In this document: positions 25,163-38,581 of the stretch, in pieces | Numbering within the stretch: position 1 is the stretch's first letter | Layout: every line of letters begins with the position of its first letter | NCBI RefSeq assembly: GCF_022045235.1 | Contig: NW_027266274.1 | Span: 3,100,001-3,164,000 of the forward strand | Reading direction: 5' to 3' | DNA length: 64,000 nucleotides | Source of the DNA: Haliotis cracherodii | Taxonomy: Eukaryota | Notes under the pieces: generated by a model | What the model was told of the DNA's origin: nothing | Seen by the model: the letters and a program-made list of their open reading frames with translations, nothing else | Databases searched by the model: none | Made by a program: the position numbers and the translations under genes

Positions 25163-28100
25163 GTGTTTCAGCAGCAACCTTAATAACCTACTAAAGTAAG
25201 TACCTAAACCAAGCCTAAACCAAACATAAATCCACCCAGTTTCCCAATGGAAGGCCTAAACATTTTTCAATGGAATGCCAATGGCCTCGCCGGCCATGGT
25301 TCTGAACTCAAAGCTAAATTCAAAATAGATAAAGGTCCCCATGTAGCTTGTATTCAAGAAACCAAATTCTCACATAAAACTAAATTCAACCTACCAAATT
25401 ATAACGCAGTGAGAACCGACAGGTCCAAAACCATGCCAGGCAGAACAGGAGGAGGTCTAATCATCTACGTTAGAGAGGATATTAACTACGAGGAAGTTAA
25501 AGTAAACACTCCTAATCTAGAAGCTAATGGAATCCAAGTCACCATCAATAACCAAAAAATAAAAATCATTAACATCTATCACTCAACACTAAAACCAATT
25601 AAAGATACAGACCTAGATGTCCTTTACCAATTAGGAAATAAATCAACCATCTTCCTAGGAGACTTCAATGCACATCATCCTACCTGGGGCATTGCAGATA
25701 AACTAGACAACCATGGACAACTAATATCAGAGTGGATCGAAAAAAATGACCTAATACTATTAAACAATAACCAACCAACTAGATACGACAAAACCCACCA
25801 CACCATGTCGGCTATCGACTTAACAATATGTACGCCAGACTTAGCACAAAGTCTGATGTGGGACGTCCACCCAGTACCTCTAGGCAGCGACCACTTTCCC
25901 ATAAATATAACCCTAGGAAATATAAAAATACCAAATCAAACCCCTAAACAGGAACCTAAATTTCAGTACAAAAACGCCAACTGGGACCAATTCCAAGAAT
26001 TATGCAACGAAGCTAATCTAAACGATTTAGAAACAACAGACCCCGAAACATTCTGTCAAAACCTAACTAACTTCATAATCAACGCAGCCAAATCCGCAAT
26101 CCCCTTCAAATCATCCAACCCAGGAAAACCCACTGTCCCTTGGTGGAATGAGGAAATAGAGCTAACTAGACTAAACGCAAATCAGCTTTCAACAGAGCTA
26201 AACGAGACCCCTCTCATCTCAAAACAGCTCATGAACTTAACCACCAAGTGCAAAACCTAGTTAAAACTGCTAAAACCAAAAACTGGAAAAAATTCTGTGA
26301 GGAGCTAAATCACCACACCGACGCTAGGAAGGTGTGGCGCAAAATTCACGCCATCCGAGGCATCAAACGGCACAAAAAAAGCCCCAATATAAACAACTCA
26401 ACTAACCCCACCCAAAAGGCCAACAACCTAGCCAAACACTTCTCTAAAGTTAGCAGCAACAGTAACTTCAGTAAGAAATTCCAAGATAAACTAAATAAAG
26501 AAACCAAATTCTCCAAAGAAAACAGACAAGACAACCTAGAAATAAATCAACCTTACACCATAGAAGAACTAAATCACGTACTAAACAATAGAAAAAAAGG
26601 AACAGCCCCTGGCCTAGACCTCACCTCTTACCAAATAATCAAACACTTACCTACCAAACTACTCCAAACTTTACTTAAACTATACAACCTAGTCTACCTA
26701 AACGGACAGGTCCCATCCTCATGGAAGGAAGCTCTAGTAATCCCAATACCTAAACCAAATAAACCAGCAGATCAGGCAAACTCCTATAGGCCCATCTCCT
26801 TAACCTCAAATCTCTGCAAAATAATGGAACTTATGACTAAAAATAGGCTACAGCACTACCTAGACCAAAACAACATCATAAATCCTGACCAAAGCGGCTT
26901 CACTCCTGGCCGATCAACTCTCGATAACCTTGCCCGACTAGAACAGGATATAAAAACAGGACAGCTAAACAAGCAATACACCATAGGCATATTCCTCGAC
27001 TTCTCTAAAGCTTTCGATATGGTATGGCACCACGGGCTAATACAAAAACTAAAAAAAATAGGACTAAAAGGTCAAATAATAAACTTCATCCAAGATTTCC
27101 TAAACAATCGCAAAATTACCGTGGGTATAGACCATACACTATCGGACCAGTGTCCCCTAGAAAATGGCACTCCCCAGGGCAGCATCCTCAGCCCAACCCT
27201 CTTCAATATAATGATAAATGATCTATTCGAGGGCTTATCCCCTAAACTAAACACTTCAAAATTCGCGGATGACGGAGCCCTATGGATCCGCACTAAAAGC
27301 ATTAAAATGGCAGAAAACTTAATCCAAAAATCTCTAAATAAAATACAACAATGGGCAGACAAATGGGGCTTCTCCCTTAACTCAGATAAAACAACAGGAG
27401 TAGTATTCAAACATAAAAACATGAAACCTGCCTACCCAATCCTCCAGCTAAACAACCAAACAATCAAATTCCAAAAACAAACAAAATTCTTAGGACTTAT
27501 TTTCGATCAACACCTCACCTGGGAGGCTCACGTCCAAAACCTAAAAACTAGATGCAGCAAAGACCTTAACACATTAAGATGTCTCACCGGCTCTAACTGG
27601 GGAGCCTCCAAAGATACCCTCCTCTCACTATATACAACACTAATTAGATCAAAACTAGACTACGGCTGTGCCATATACAATACCCTAAACAACTCTCTTT
27701 CTAAAAAACTTGACTCAATACAATATCAGGCTCTCAAACTAATTACACGCACCCAACATGGCACCTCCTACACCTCACTTCAGGCCCTTACAGGAGAAAT
27801 GCCACTAAATCTACGCAGGGAACATCTAAGCCTTAATTTCTGGGCCGCGTCCCAAACAAACCCTCTCATCCAAAACCTAATTAATCAAAACATTAGCCCA
27901 AGAAACCAAGCTCTAGCTCGCAAACACCCCTTACTCACCCCAATATCCCAAAGAATAACTAACTACCTCAATGAACACCAAACTCAAAATCTTAAACAAA
28001 ACTGCAAAAAATCAAATATCTTCACCCCTAAACTCAAAATACCCCAAATAGACACAACGCTAGCTAACCAAATAAATAAACAAACCGACCCAAACATAGC

Positions 28101-29274
28101 TAAAACCACCACACTTGCATACATACACGAAAATTGGCCAAATTGGTGTCACATATACACTGACGGATCTTCAGACCCGATCTCCAACCACACAGGCTTC
28201 GGAGTCCATACCACACAACCAGTTATATCCACACAATCTTACCGACTCCCTAACAACCAATCTATATTCACGGCCGAACTTATGGGCATGGCCTCAGCCC
28301 TGCATAACCAACAATCTAAAAACAACAAAAAAATCCTAATTCTCACTGACTCCCTGAGTGGACTACAAGCCCTCCAAAACAAAAATACCAAAAAACGACC
28401 TAAATTAATAAACCAAATACTTAAAAGCTCCAACGACCTAACAAAAGCAGGCAAACAAATAACCTTCTTGTGGATCCCCGCCCACGTAGGAATTTACGGC
28501 AACGAAAGCGCCGATAAAGCAGCTAAATTATCTCTCAAAATACCAGAAATAAGCCTAAACCTACCCATCTCAAAATCAGAAATTAAAAGTGTAAACAAAC
28601 AAAAAATAACCAAAAAATGGCATAATCAATATCAAAACTCAAATAGCCAAATCAAAAAAGTGCTCAGAAAACCACTAGCCAAACCTAAAATCCTACACCC
28701 CTCTAAAAAAATTGACAGATTAATTACAAAACTCCAAACAGGACACACTAACCTAAATAACCACCTAAAACAACTTAAAAGACACACCACAGGCAACTGC
28801 CCCCACTGCAAACAACCCGAAACCACAGAACACGCACTCATTCACTGCTCCCACTATCAAACACACAGAACCACACTACAAACCACCCTCAATCTAAATA
28901 AGGTTCCTACTCTAGATGAAATACTAAACCCGCAAAATAAACTAGAAAACTTCAAGGCCCTAGGCGTATTCCTAATCAAAACAGACCTAATTAAGCGCAT
29001 CTAAAAATTAATTAATCTACCAATCCAAAATCCAATAAACATACAAACACCTACCTCAACCGGCTCCCTTAGTTCCCTCCTCCACCCACCTCGGCATTTA
29101 GTCCAAATTTCAAAATTTCAAAAAATCAATATAAGCAACCCCTAAAAGCCCCCTCTTGGGTTGCACACACCACTTTCACCCTTCTCGGAATACACTAAAT
29201 GGTCCGGCCAGGCCCGTGTGCGAAATACGCTGTAGTCGGAAAGCACACGTTAAATCTTCTATATCAGTCAGTCA
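25163..29274 (+). mobile_element. I-group (I/Nimb-like) LINE, 5'-truncated to ORF2: AP endonuclease, RT, RNase H, CCHC
   Basis: ORFs 25247-26260 (QWNANG, CIQET, GDFNAH, SDHFPI) and 26248-29004 (YRPISL, DFSKAFD, GTPQGS, FADD, YTDGS, WIPAHVGIYGNESAD, CPHC..ETTEH..IHC). (TCAG)n tail. 11-bp target-site duplication GTTTGGGTGTT at 25152-25162 and 29275-29285. Confidence 0.93.
25247..29004 (+). pseudogene. LINE ORF2 polyprotein with one frameshift at about 26172-26175
   Basis: Adding one A at ctaaacgc joins PWWNEEIELTRL to KRKSAFNRAKRDP...QNLVKTAK, giving a single ~1250-aa frame. Confidence 0.85.
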
Positions 29275-30230
29275 GTTTGGGTGTTTAACATTTGTGGTAA
29301 TATTTGGCCTGTTTACCTGCTCATGTGTCATATATCCTTGATCGCATATTGTTGCCATTAATAATGTCGAAAACATTCACCGTCAATTCATTTCTAGTTT
29401 TGGAGCATGTATATCCATATGGAAGACCCTTTGATACTTGCGTTGAGAATAGTTTGGATCGGCAAATGTTTAATAGTATATGGCGATCCAAAAACATAAA
29501 CTGAACCTTATTGGCATTCATGAAATAAAAATGAAAATTTGGTTCATAGTACAAGGTGCCCATTTCTAAACTATGGTTTTAAACGTTTGAATGTGTGTCA
29601 AGTGTGACAATGCACCACAAACTGATAGATTGATATGATGTATAATAAAATATGAGTGTGTGTTGGAAAGACCTACAAATAGCACTAAATTGGCTGAATA
29701 AATCTCACACCTGGGGAAAAACGGAATAGCATAATTGCTAAAATTATTCCTAATCATGCACGTGTTAGTGATTATGAATCATTACATACGTATTGCATAG
29801 TATAAATGTATATACATGTATCTTTAAATAGGTTTTGCAATCAACCCACTACTCCGGGGCGTGGCAGCGAGACTCATGGAGACGTTTGCTCAACGGGTGT
29901 ATTCCAGCTTACAGTATGTATAGCAATCACAGTGGCTGTATGATTTATTTATTAAATTAACAACATATTGATCAACTACTGACGCTGGTCGTGTAAGAAT
30001 ATTTGTTTGCTGTTTGACGCCGCAGTCATAAAAATTCCATCGGCCTGATGACACAGAGTCAAACAAATCACCGAGCCCCACCACCCGATCAAATTAATCG
30101 TGTCATAAACGGACAGGTTGTAGGGGATCTTCTCTAGTCTGTTAATAAAACGTAAGTGTTTGAATCGGCATGAAATTTAAGTATTGTGTGCATGTTCATG
30201 TGAATAATGTATTTCCTTCATTGTCTAATA

Positions 30231-30352
30231 GGGCGATGGGGTAGCCTAGTGGTTAAAGCTCGTCACGCCGAAGGCCCGGGTTCGATTCCCCACATGAATA
30301 CAATGTGTGAAGCCCATTTCTGGTGTCCCCCCGACGTGATATTGCTGGAATA
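30231..30352 (+). mobile_element. tRNA-derived SINE
   Basis: A-box-like ggtagcctagtggttaaag and B-box gggttcgattcc, followed by the family body gaagcccatttctggtgtcccc...tattgctggaata. Confidence 0.8.
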
Positions 30353-31399
30353 TAATTTAACCAATTTGACGATGGCCTGGGAACTTTCCGTGGAAATCCG
30401 GTTTAGGCCAGGTTTATTAATTACAGGCCGGAATAGCTGTATTGGTGCACTCGTGTTTATAATTCATTAACTCGTTGTTTGTTGCCGAGTTCGGCGTAAA
30501 ACGCATTTACTCACTAATGCAGTATGGGAACAGTATGGTACAATGTATTTCGTTGAAACTTTATGAAACATTGCACCCTGTGGTCTCTTAAGGGAGCGGA
30601 CCTGGCTCAGTCTGGATTCCGCTGCCTAACACTCACCCTCAGCTACCGTGATTGATTTGCCGGCCGGCGCAACCGAGCGTGACAAGAGACTGGGCTACCG
30701 TTAAGGACAGCGGCAATAAACTTTGAGGCAATATCTGAAGATTTCGATATTACAAAGGGCACAATGTTAATTAATAATAGTGTGAATGAAAGAAGTATTC
30801 CCGCAGTGAAAGTGTTCAGATTTCTGATTGTATTTGTGACAAGCCGACTGAGATTGATTTGGATCACATTTCTATATTTCATAGGTCAGAATTTACTGAT
30901 TTCATTTAAAAACTAGAAAGTTTTTTGAAAGTAATTATTACTAATAACATTATGAAGACGTAATGTATTAATGTCGCAGAGGCTTATGCAGGGTAATGGA
31001 GAGACACAAAAGCATGCTGTTTTTACAACCGGATTTATTCCAATGATGCTCCACATGCAATCAGTGGTTATGATGATGATATTACCATAAAACACAATAT
31101 TTACAAAATGTAGGCAAATCATCATAACCAATAGATCATTAAAAGAATACTGCCATTATAACTTTTATTATGCTTGCACTAAAGGAAACATGGACTGCAC
31201 ATTATCCACAATAGAAACACTTAGATTAATCAAATGTACGTAACGATGTAACACGGGGGAAAGGGTGTTATTAATTCTTTATCGGATACGAAATAACCAA
31301 GAGTTCGTACACGAAAATGAATTTTACAACAGAGCCACTGCGACCCAGCAAACGCGATGGTTCAAGTATCACTACTCGAACACAAAAACGTGTGCCAAA

Positions 31400-31420
31400 A
31401 CGCAACCGGAAGTGGATGAA
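31400..31420 (+). promoter_or_regulatory. ETS/GABP-like site upstream of UTP18
   Basis: accggaagtg about 90 bp before the ATG, a common housekeeping-promoter motif. Confidence 0.4.
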
Positions 31421-31495
31421 CCACATGGACAAGTGTTGCCATATCTGAATGTGGACATTTCTAACGAGTAAATAGTTTTGTCAAAGTTGTTTGTC

Positions 31496-32878
31496 ATGTT
31501 GCGAAGAGCGTTTAAGCGGTCGGGGATCGAGTCCCACTCTCAGGCAGAAGACAAACATGCTAAGCGAAAAAGAGAAGATGCTTCTCTCGGTATGAACAAT
31601 CGTGAGACAATTGGAAATGAAACTACAGATAGAGAACTTGAAGGGATCGTCTTTGGTGGTGATTTGCTGAGCGAAATTGATCATGGATTGTTAAAAAACG
31701 AAAGGAAAACCCAAATGAAAAAATGCGTTTTTAGTATGGATGAGCAGAAACCTGCATGGGATGATGAGTTTGAGGAAACCGAAACGAAAATTGGGCAACC
31801 GCCAGTGCCTAACTGGGCCAAGCTGGAACGCGATGATCTTGATCGTGACGTTGAAAAGTTGCTCCATCGCACAGGAGACTTCCTAGTTGAATCTACTTCC
31901 CTCCCTTCAGGCCTGCTGCAAATCAAGAAACTAGCAGATGCTAATGCAGATGACACGAGAGGAAGCAAGATCCAGAATGTGGAGTTCCACCCTACAGCCA
32001 AGGTGATTTTAACAGCAGGATCATCACACAGACTCAACCTCTTTCAGATTGATGGAAAACACAACCCCAAAATCCAGAGTGTATTTTTTGATGACTTCCC
32101 AATACATTCAGCTCACTTCACCAAAAATGGTGACGAGATCATTGTTGGGTCGGATCGCAAGAATTTTATGTTTTATGATATGATAGGAGGTAAAGTGGGT
32201 AACGTACCCAAGATGAAAAGACTGGAAGGTAGTAATTTGGCCAGGTTCGAAGTGTCACCTGACGGCAGATATCTAGTCTTTCTTGGCAAATACGGGTCAA
32301 TGCATGTTCTTAGTGCGAAAACAAAGGAATGGATTACATCTTTGAAAATGAATGGGGATGTCTATTGTGTATCTTTCACAAGAGATGGTACAAGGATGTT
32401 TTCTTTTGGAGACACTGGCACTGTGTTTGTGTGGGACATGAATACTCTAAGTTGTGTGCACACTTTCATAGATGAAGGGTGTGTCCAGGGTACGTCCATT
32501 GCAGTCTCACCAAATAATCAATATGTTGCATGTGGCTCCCAAAGCGGCATTGTCAACATATATGATGCCGATATTTGCCAGAAAAGCCGCTCACCAAAAC
32601 CTCTGAAGGCCATCATGAATCTTACAACTGTTTGCAACAAAGCCAAGTTCAATTGCACATCAGAGATCCTAGCAATTCTATCCAATGAAAACGTAAAATC
32701 GGTTAAGTTGGTTCATTTTCCATCACTACAAGTATTTTCAAACTTTCCTGAGCAGACAGACAGACAACTGCAGGTCCCCAAGTGTATTGACTTTTCACCA
32801 AACGGAGGCTATATGGCTGTTGGCAATCAGAAAGGGCAGGCCTTGCTCTATAGATTAAAACATTACAGTGAATACTAA
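31496..32878 (+). CDS. UTP18: U3 snoRNA-associated protein 18 homolog (WD40, SSU processome UtpB), single exon, ~460 aa
   Basis: Uninterrupted ORF (first ATG 31496) with ELEGIVFGGD, KPAWDD, VPNWA, LADAN, VEFHP, LFQIDGKHNPKIQSVFFDDFPI, FIDEGCVQGTSIAVSPNNQYVACGSQSGIVNIY, LVHFPSLQVFSNFP, FSPNGGYMAVGNQKGQALLYRLKHYSEY*. ATTAAA at about 32976. Confidence 0.93.
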   Translation: MLRRAFKRSGIESHSQAEDKHAKRKREDASLGMNNRETIGNETTDRELEGIVFGGDLLSEIDHGLLKNERKTQMKKCVFSMDEQKPAWDDEFEETETKIGQPPVPNWAKLERDDLDRDVEKLLHRTGDFLVESTSLPSGLLQIKKLADANADDTRGSKIQNVEFHPTAKVILTAGSSHRLNLFQIDGKHNPKIQSVFFDDFPIHSAHFTKNGDEIIVGSDRKNFMFYDMIGGKVGNVPKMKRLEGSNLARFEVSPDGRYLVFLGKYGSMHVLSAKTKEWITSLKMNGDVYCVSFTRDGTRMFSFGDTGTVFVWDMNTLSCVHTFIDEGCVQGTSIAVSPNNQYVACGSQSGIVNIYDADICQKSRSPKPLKAIMNLTTVCNKAKFNCTSEILAILSNENVKSVKLVHFPSLQVFSNFPEQTDRQLQVPKCIDFSPNGGYMAVGNQKGQALLYRLKHYSEY

Positions 32879-35800
32879 TGGAAATAATGCTATTTTGAAC
32901 AACTCACATATTTGTATTGTTTAGACTGTTTAACTTTGTTGAGCCTCAAAGAAAGGATGTTACATGGTTATCATTATTAAACTGTTCGATATGTTCGAGT
33001 ATGTGTTTGTGAATCTCTGCCTTTTGATACAAATACTAATCAATACCGATGTTTGTTCTTTTCTGCCAAGAGAAACAAAAAAATTCCCTATAAAGAAATG
33101 GCAACCATATCTGAAGCACTGGTTGAGTCACATGCAGTAATACCTGTACTGTTCTAACTTTCAGGTTAAAATAAGAACCAACACTGAAGATCGACAGTGG
33201 GCTTGAACTGTCTTCCACCATTATATCAATTGATACAACTGCACTGTTTTCACATTTCAAAACTTTAATTCATGTTCCTGTTGGTAGGTGATGCCTATAA
33301 CATTAACAATAGAATCCAACTAAATTTGATAGAAAAAGAAATCCTTGATAGATCCTTGATCTTCATTGCCACGTCTGTAAATCTTGGGTGACATCACCTG
33401 TTTTCGTGAAAATGATTGGTTGGAAATTGTGGGGATTCCATTAAAGGAACAGCCGTGCATTACATTACCATGTCTTACACCAAGTTGCCACCCATCATTC
33501 ACTCACTCACTCATTCACTTGGTTGATGCATGTCATCGTATCTGAAATGTGTAGATATTGCTCGATATCAATCACTGGATTGTCTGGTCAAGACTTTATT
33601 ATTTACAGACCGCAGTTATGTAGCTGGAATATTGCTGAGTACGGCGTTAAAAAAACAACAAGCAAACAAGCTGGTTAGAATCGATCCAAAGCAATCCATG
33701 CCTGTACAATCCTGTGACTAAATGGATCAGGTGGTCAGGATCACTGGTTTATCTGGTCCTGACTTATATTTACATCTCATGGTCATGTAGCTTGAATGAT
33801 GCTCAGTGGTGTTGAACAAACACTATCCATGAGCTCTCAGATCCTGATATGTTTAGCTCCTTGAAAACTAGAATAAGGTGGTAAGAGGCTATGTGCATGA
33901 TGTGTGAAACTCGATCCCATGCAGGTTTGACACTTGTTTGCCAGTAGCTTGTTACTACAAATATGTTGATTTGGTAACCAGACTTTACATACATCATTTG
34001 AATAGGCTTAGGTTTTGTTGGGTCATCTTTAAAAAAAAAAAGGTAGTTCAGCACATGCTGGTGAACAGGAAAGGTGTTCGCATTACATTATAAAACATAA
34101 GATGCCCCATCTTCTGAATGCCCCCAAACTTCCCATCAGAAACATGTACCATATGAACCATTTGGACATCACTATGTCAAGTGACAGTTGGCCTCACACA
34201 TCCCGATCCACTACAACCTTGAAACAGAAAAGCCTATCCCTCTAGCAAACTTAATAACAAAGTTATGAACACTTCTGGTACAATAACATCACTTCGGTTG
34301 GAGAAAGCATGGTCAATGCAGTACAACTTTGAAATGGGAAAGAGTCTACAACGCGTACACTTGAGCAGACTCATGAATAATAATTAGACCGTTCACAACG
34401 TTGACAGATCGTTATTATAACAGAAACAAACGTATGTTTTCCATATATATCTAAAATGATATTATTTGTTATTAATTGTCCGGTGAATTAAACAATTTAA
34501 ATTGAAACAATTCATAATTCATCATATTATGAATACGTAACAACTTGTAATTTATTTGTAAAAAGTCGTACTAAAACACACTGTTTGAAGGGGGCGTGGC
34601 ATAAATGTAAATGTCCGATTGGGATTTTAAATTTTCCGGACCCCTGGGAAAGACTATGTCAATGAAATTGGAAGTGACCTTGCCATTTGACACAATAATG
34701 ACATGATAGGTGTTTAGTTAAATACTTTGAATTCATCACAATAGCATGAATTAATTATGAAATTTTAACCATGTTTAATAATTTGACTCGCGGTGACCCT
34801 GACCTTATATGGAGTTGATGCGATGAAGAAACCACCTTGGAGATCATGGTTTCTAAGTCTCCTATTATTCCATCCAACTCGCGCACAAGCTTTTATTATG
34901 CTTAGTTTATACTGAGTGACCTTGATCTTAAAAGGTCATCCAATCGTGTCGGAAACGTTCCCCACATGTTTATAATAGTTATATCAGGAATGTACAATCT
35001 GTCATATGTTTGTAACCCTTTAAGATCCAGGTTAGAAATGATTGTTGCAAGAAGCAATTAAAGGGATTGGGTGGTCAGGCTCTCTGAATTTGTTTGATGC
35101 ATGTCATTGTATCCCAACTGCATGGATGATATCAATCACTGGATTGTCTGGTCCAGACTCGATTATTTACAGACCGCCATCATATAGCTGGAATATTGCT
35201 GAGGGCACTGTTAAACAACAAACAAACAAGTCTGTGGTTGAGAAAACCAATTGTGTCAGAGAAGCTCAATTTCGAGATCTGCTTTATATAGGTGAACTTA
35301 TAACCCAATGTTCTCTGGTTATGTCTTGGACATTTTCCCCCACAATTTCCAGTATGTAATGGTAAGTTTCTTCGGGAGTTGATGTGTGCTCATTACACTC
35401 AAGCAGTGAGTTGAGATGAGGATTACACATAGCAACTCTTGGCAACCCTGACAGGACCGTGATCAATGTATCAACAACAAAACAAGTATATTTTTTGCAA
35501 ATCATATTTTATAAAGTCTTTGAGACCATAGTCAAACATTACGACATACTTCATCCTTCTTTCGCCCTCATCTATATACACCATAGTACACTATATACAT
35601 ACTGCCCCAAGTAGCACACAGAGGAGTAGGGCAACAACATAAATTATGATTGTGAGTCTCTGTATGTCAAGTCAATACATATACACAAGCAGAATAAACA
35701 TTGGGACTATGTAATTCTAAACTAGCTTCAATTAAGCTCACTCCTCTATGGAGAATACTGCACACATAGTCAGCACTTCACATCCAGCCTTCCCACATCA

Positions 35801-36534
35801 CCTGGTGTGTTCTATATACCAAAGACAGCCTGACACTACACAGAAAGCTAACCCTGTTATAGCATAGCATTAACTAAAGATGATTATCATGATACCATAG
35901 TTATGCACCAAAGCAGCCTTTCGCCACCAGCACCCTCCTCCCAAGACAAACATCACCTGGAGATCCTTTGACACACTTGTTCATACTTCTGCCTTTCACC
36001 ATTTTTCACAACTTCCTTTATTTTATACAGCAACTGATATGAACAGATAATAAATCACATAATCTTACAAAATGGTGCAATAATTCTAGATTGAACAATC
36101 AAGGTGTTGTCTTGAGATTTTCTATGTTTATCACATGCTTATGACAGAAGATTGAAATATGCTGCCACAAAGTTCCCTTCATCCAGCGATGAAGGCATTA
36201 ACATTTATAGATATTACAAATGGTCATACACTCAGAGATACCGAGAAATTACATAACACAGGTATACTGAGATGTTAATACTAAATATACATGTAATGTT
36301 AACTTATACAAATCTTAAAAAAGATATAACGTGAAATATGATAAATAGGAAAAAACAAAAACAAAAGACAGCGCCAAGGCACTGTTGCTCACCAGGTACA
36401 TTGTGAGAGATTGTCAGCTAGTGAAAGGATTAACAGCCTGCACAAACCTGCACCATTCTCTGGACCCGTGTATCTATTAAATGGCTGTGTAATATAGTCT
36501 GATGTGAGACAATTTGGCTTCTTACATGTCATAG

Positions 36535-36815
36535 AGGTGAGGTGAAATGGGGTTTAAATGTTCTGTGTGTGTGTGTGTATGTGTGTGTGTGTGTGTGTGT
36601 GTCTCTCTCTGCTTGTACTAGTTTGTATAGTGCTAGCCCAATGAGATACCATGCTGCAGTTTAACATGAATACCCCAGCCTACCAGTCCTTGTTATTGCT
36701 GAGCACCAGGCAAGGTAACAAAAAGTACCATCTCTTAACATCTTTAAGAGGTGGACGGGAATTGAACCCCAACCTTCCCCTCTCTTGGCAGATGCTCTAC
36801 CGCTAGACCATGGAG
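36535..36815 (-). mobile_element. tRNA-derived SINE with internal (CA)n
   Basis: Minus-strand head cctccatggtctagcggtagagcatctgcc...ggggttcaattccc (A/B boxes); tail ttaaaccccatttcacctcacctc. Confidence 0.7.
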
Positions 36816-37735
36816 GCATTCTATATTTCATAGAACAGTAACAAAAACATTCAGGTAGTGTATTCGACAATTTAAATGCTATGTTTTTACATGTATTCCA
36901 TAGTAGTGCTATATAATACATTAATTATCTTCTTCCAATATCAGGAGTGTGCTTTCTGAAAAGACAATGCTTAAGCATCTCTCACTAATTTGATGAATAT
37001 ATTTCTATATTTTAACCAAAAATAAATCATTAATTCCAATGCACAAAACATTATAGTTATTAATATTCTCATAAAGTTTTGGTTTCTAAGAAATATATTT
37101 CAACATTTTCAGAATACATATTTACTGATTTATTAGAAAAGAAAGGGAATATTTTCATTTTACTGACACAAACAAAACTATGTTGCTACATATTCACAGG
37201 CTCAGCTTCCTAGAACTTGAGGTTTCTGAGATGATTATTTTCTCTTGGAGTTACAAAGAAATAAACAAGAATGGTTGACTTCAACGTGAAGAACTGCCCT
37301 GGTGCTGGACAACCTCCTCCACGTTCAGCAGGGGCATACCTCCACCCAGACGGCGGTACGGAGTTGACAGACCAACAACACAACACATAATGCAGCATAG
37401 CATGAGCTCACTTGGACCTTCCGTCTTGGTCAGCGATATGATGAATTTCAGTGGCACAGAAGAAGGATTTGTATCTGAACAAAGAATACAAAATTACCAG
37501 TACTTTTATAAGTAAAATAAATATGATATATACGATCAGACATCAGAACAGTTGACCGTGTTGTGACAAATCAACTCTGGACAGCAAGACTTGTTGTTAT
37601 GAAAGACAACTCAAATGGTGACCAGGTGGTCACAATGGCTGAATGAATAGTAGCAGGGTAAGTGGTCTATGTAACTAAAACAACTTCCTGGTGGACTGAA
37701 TGACGCACCACAGCAGCAGGGAGTGTTACTGTCAG

Positions 37736-38064
37736 TAGGGGTGTGCCATATAACAGGTACACCAATTTACTACAATATGTCAATAAGGCTGTCCTAGATA
37801 CACCTATTGCAATAAAACCCTTGTATGTTGATATGTTGGGTTCCATCTAAACCATGTAAACAGGACACGAATCACGCTTAGTCTTGTTTATCCATACTAC
37901 CAATCTAGCAATCCGAAGTCTGGATTATTGAAATAAGATGTAACATTTGAACAGAGCAAGTATATATAATTTGGACCCCAATACGTACTGTATTATGTAT
38001 TGCAATACAGCTCTCCATATTGCGATATATTCAATACGCTTTATGTGCCAAGACGCCACCCCTA
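37736..38064. mobile_element. hAT-like MITE
   Basis: Termini TAGGGGTG...CACCCCTA flanked by a near-identical 8-bp duplication, actgtcag / acagtcag. Confidence 0.65.
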
Positions 38065-38581
38065 ACAGTCAGTCTCTGGCTGCTTGTTCCAGGCCTGATT
38101 CAATGCAGGTTGCTGTGATTCAGCTGTCATGTTGTTTACTCTGGTGTAAAACTCGCCCTCTATATAATGCTATCTGACATATAGATAATGCTGCCACAAG
38201 ATAGTGGTGAATCAGTATCTTCTCCCTATTCATACAATCTACCCCGCATAAACACAACCACAATGATCACAGTAGGTCCTGGCTTTGTAAATACAGTCCA
38301 TGCAAGACATCACAAACAGTCAACACCATCTGGAATGTAGCTGTGCGCATCTTGTTTACAGTCGTCTCATGACAAGTGCACTGTACACATCTCTTGCTTA
38401 AAAGACTAACACACTGTGTTTTGAATATTATGATGCTTATGAAGGTGAAGGTGTGAGCTTTTAACTATTATCAAAACATACCTCTAAACATAGTGTGTTA
38501 ATCTTCATTCTACCATGACCATGAATATATGCTTAATATTGTGAACTCTTTTGAGATTGCAAAGAAAAATAGCGTGGCTTT

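Noticed and set aside
30231-30300. tRNA gene (also about 36750-36815 and 61090-61163)
   Set aside because: A/B boxes are present but there is no complete cloverleaf, and each continues into a shared SINE body.
34600-34990. tgaccttga-type repeats suggesting another HINE-like element
   Set aside because: Too degraded to define termini.
37210-37480. Possible alternative terminal exon of KIAA2013 (ttctttgttcag acceptor near 37475, minus strand)
   Set aside because: No convincing donor in exon 15 and no recognisable homology; needs RNA-seq.
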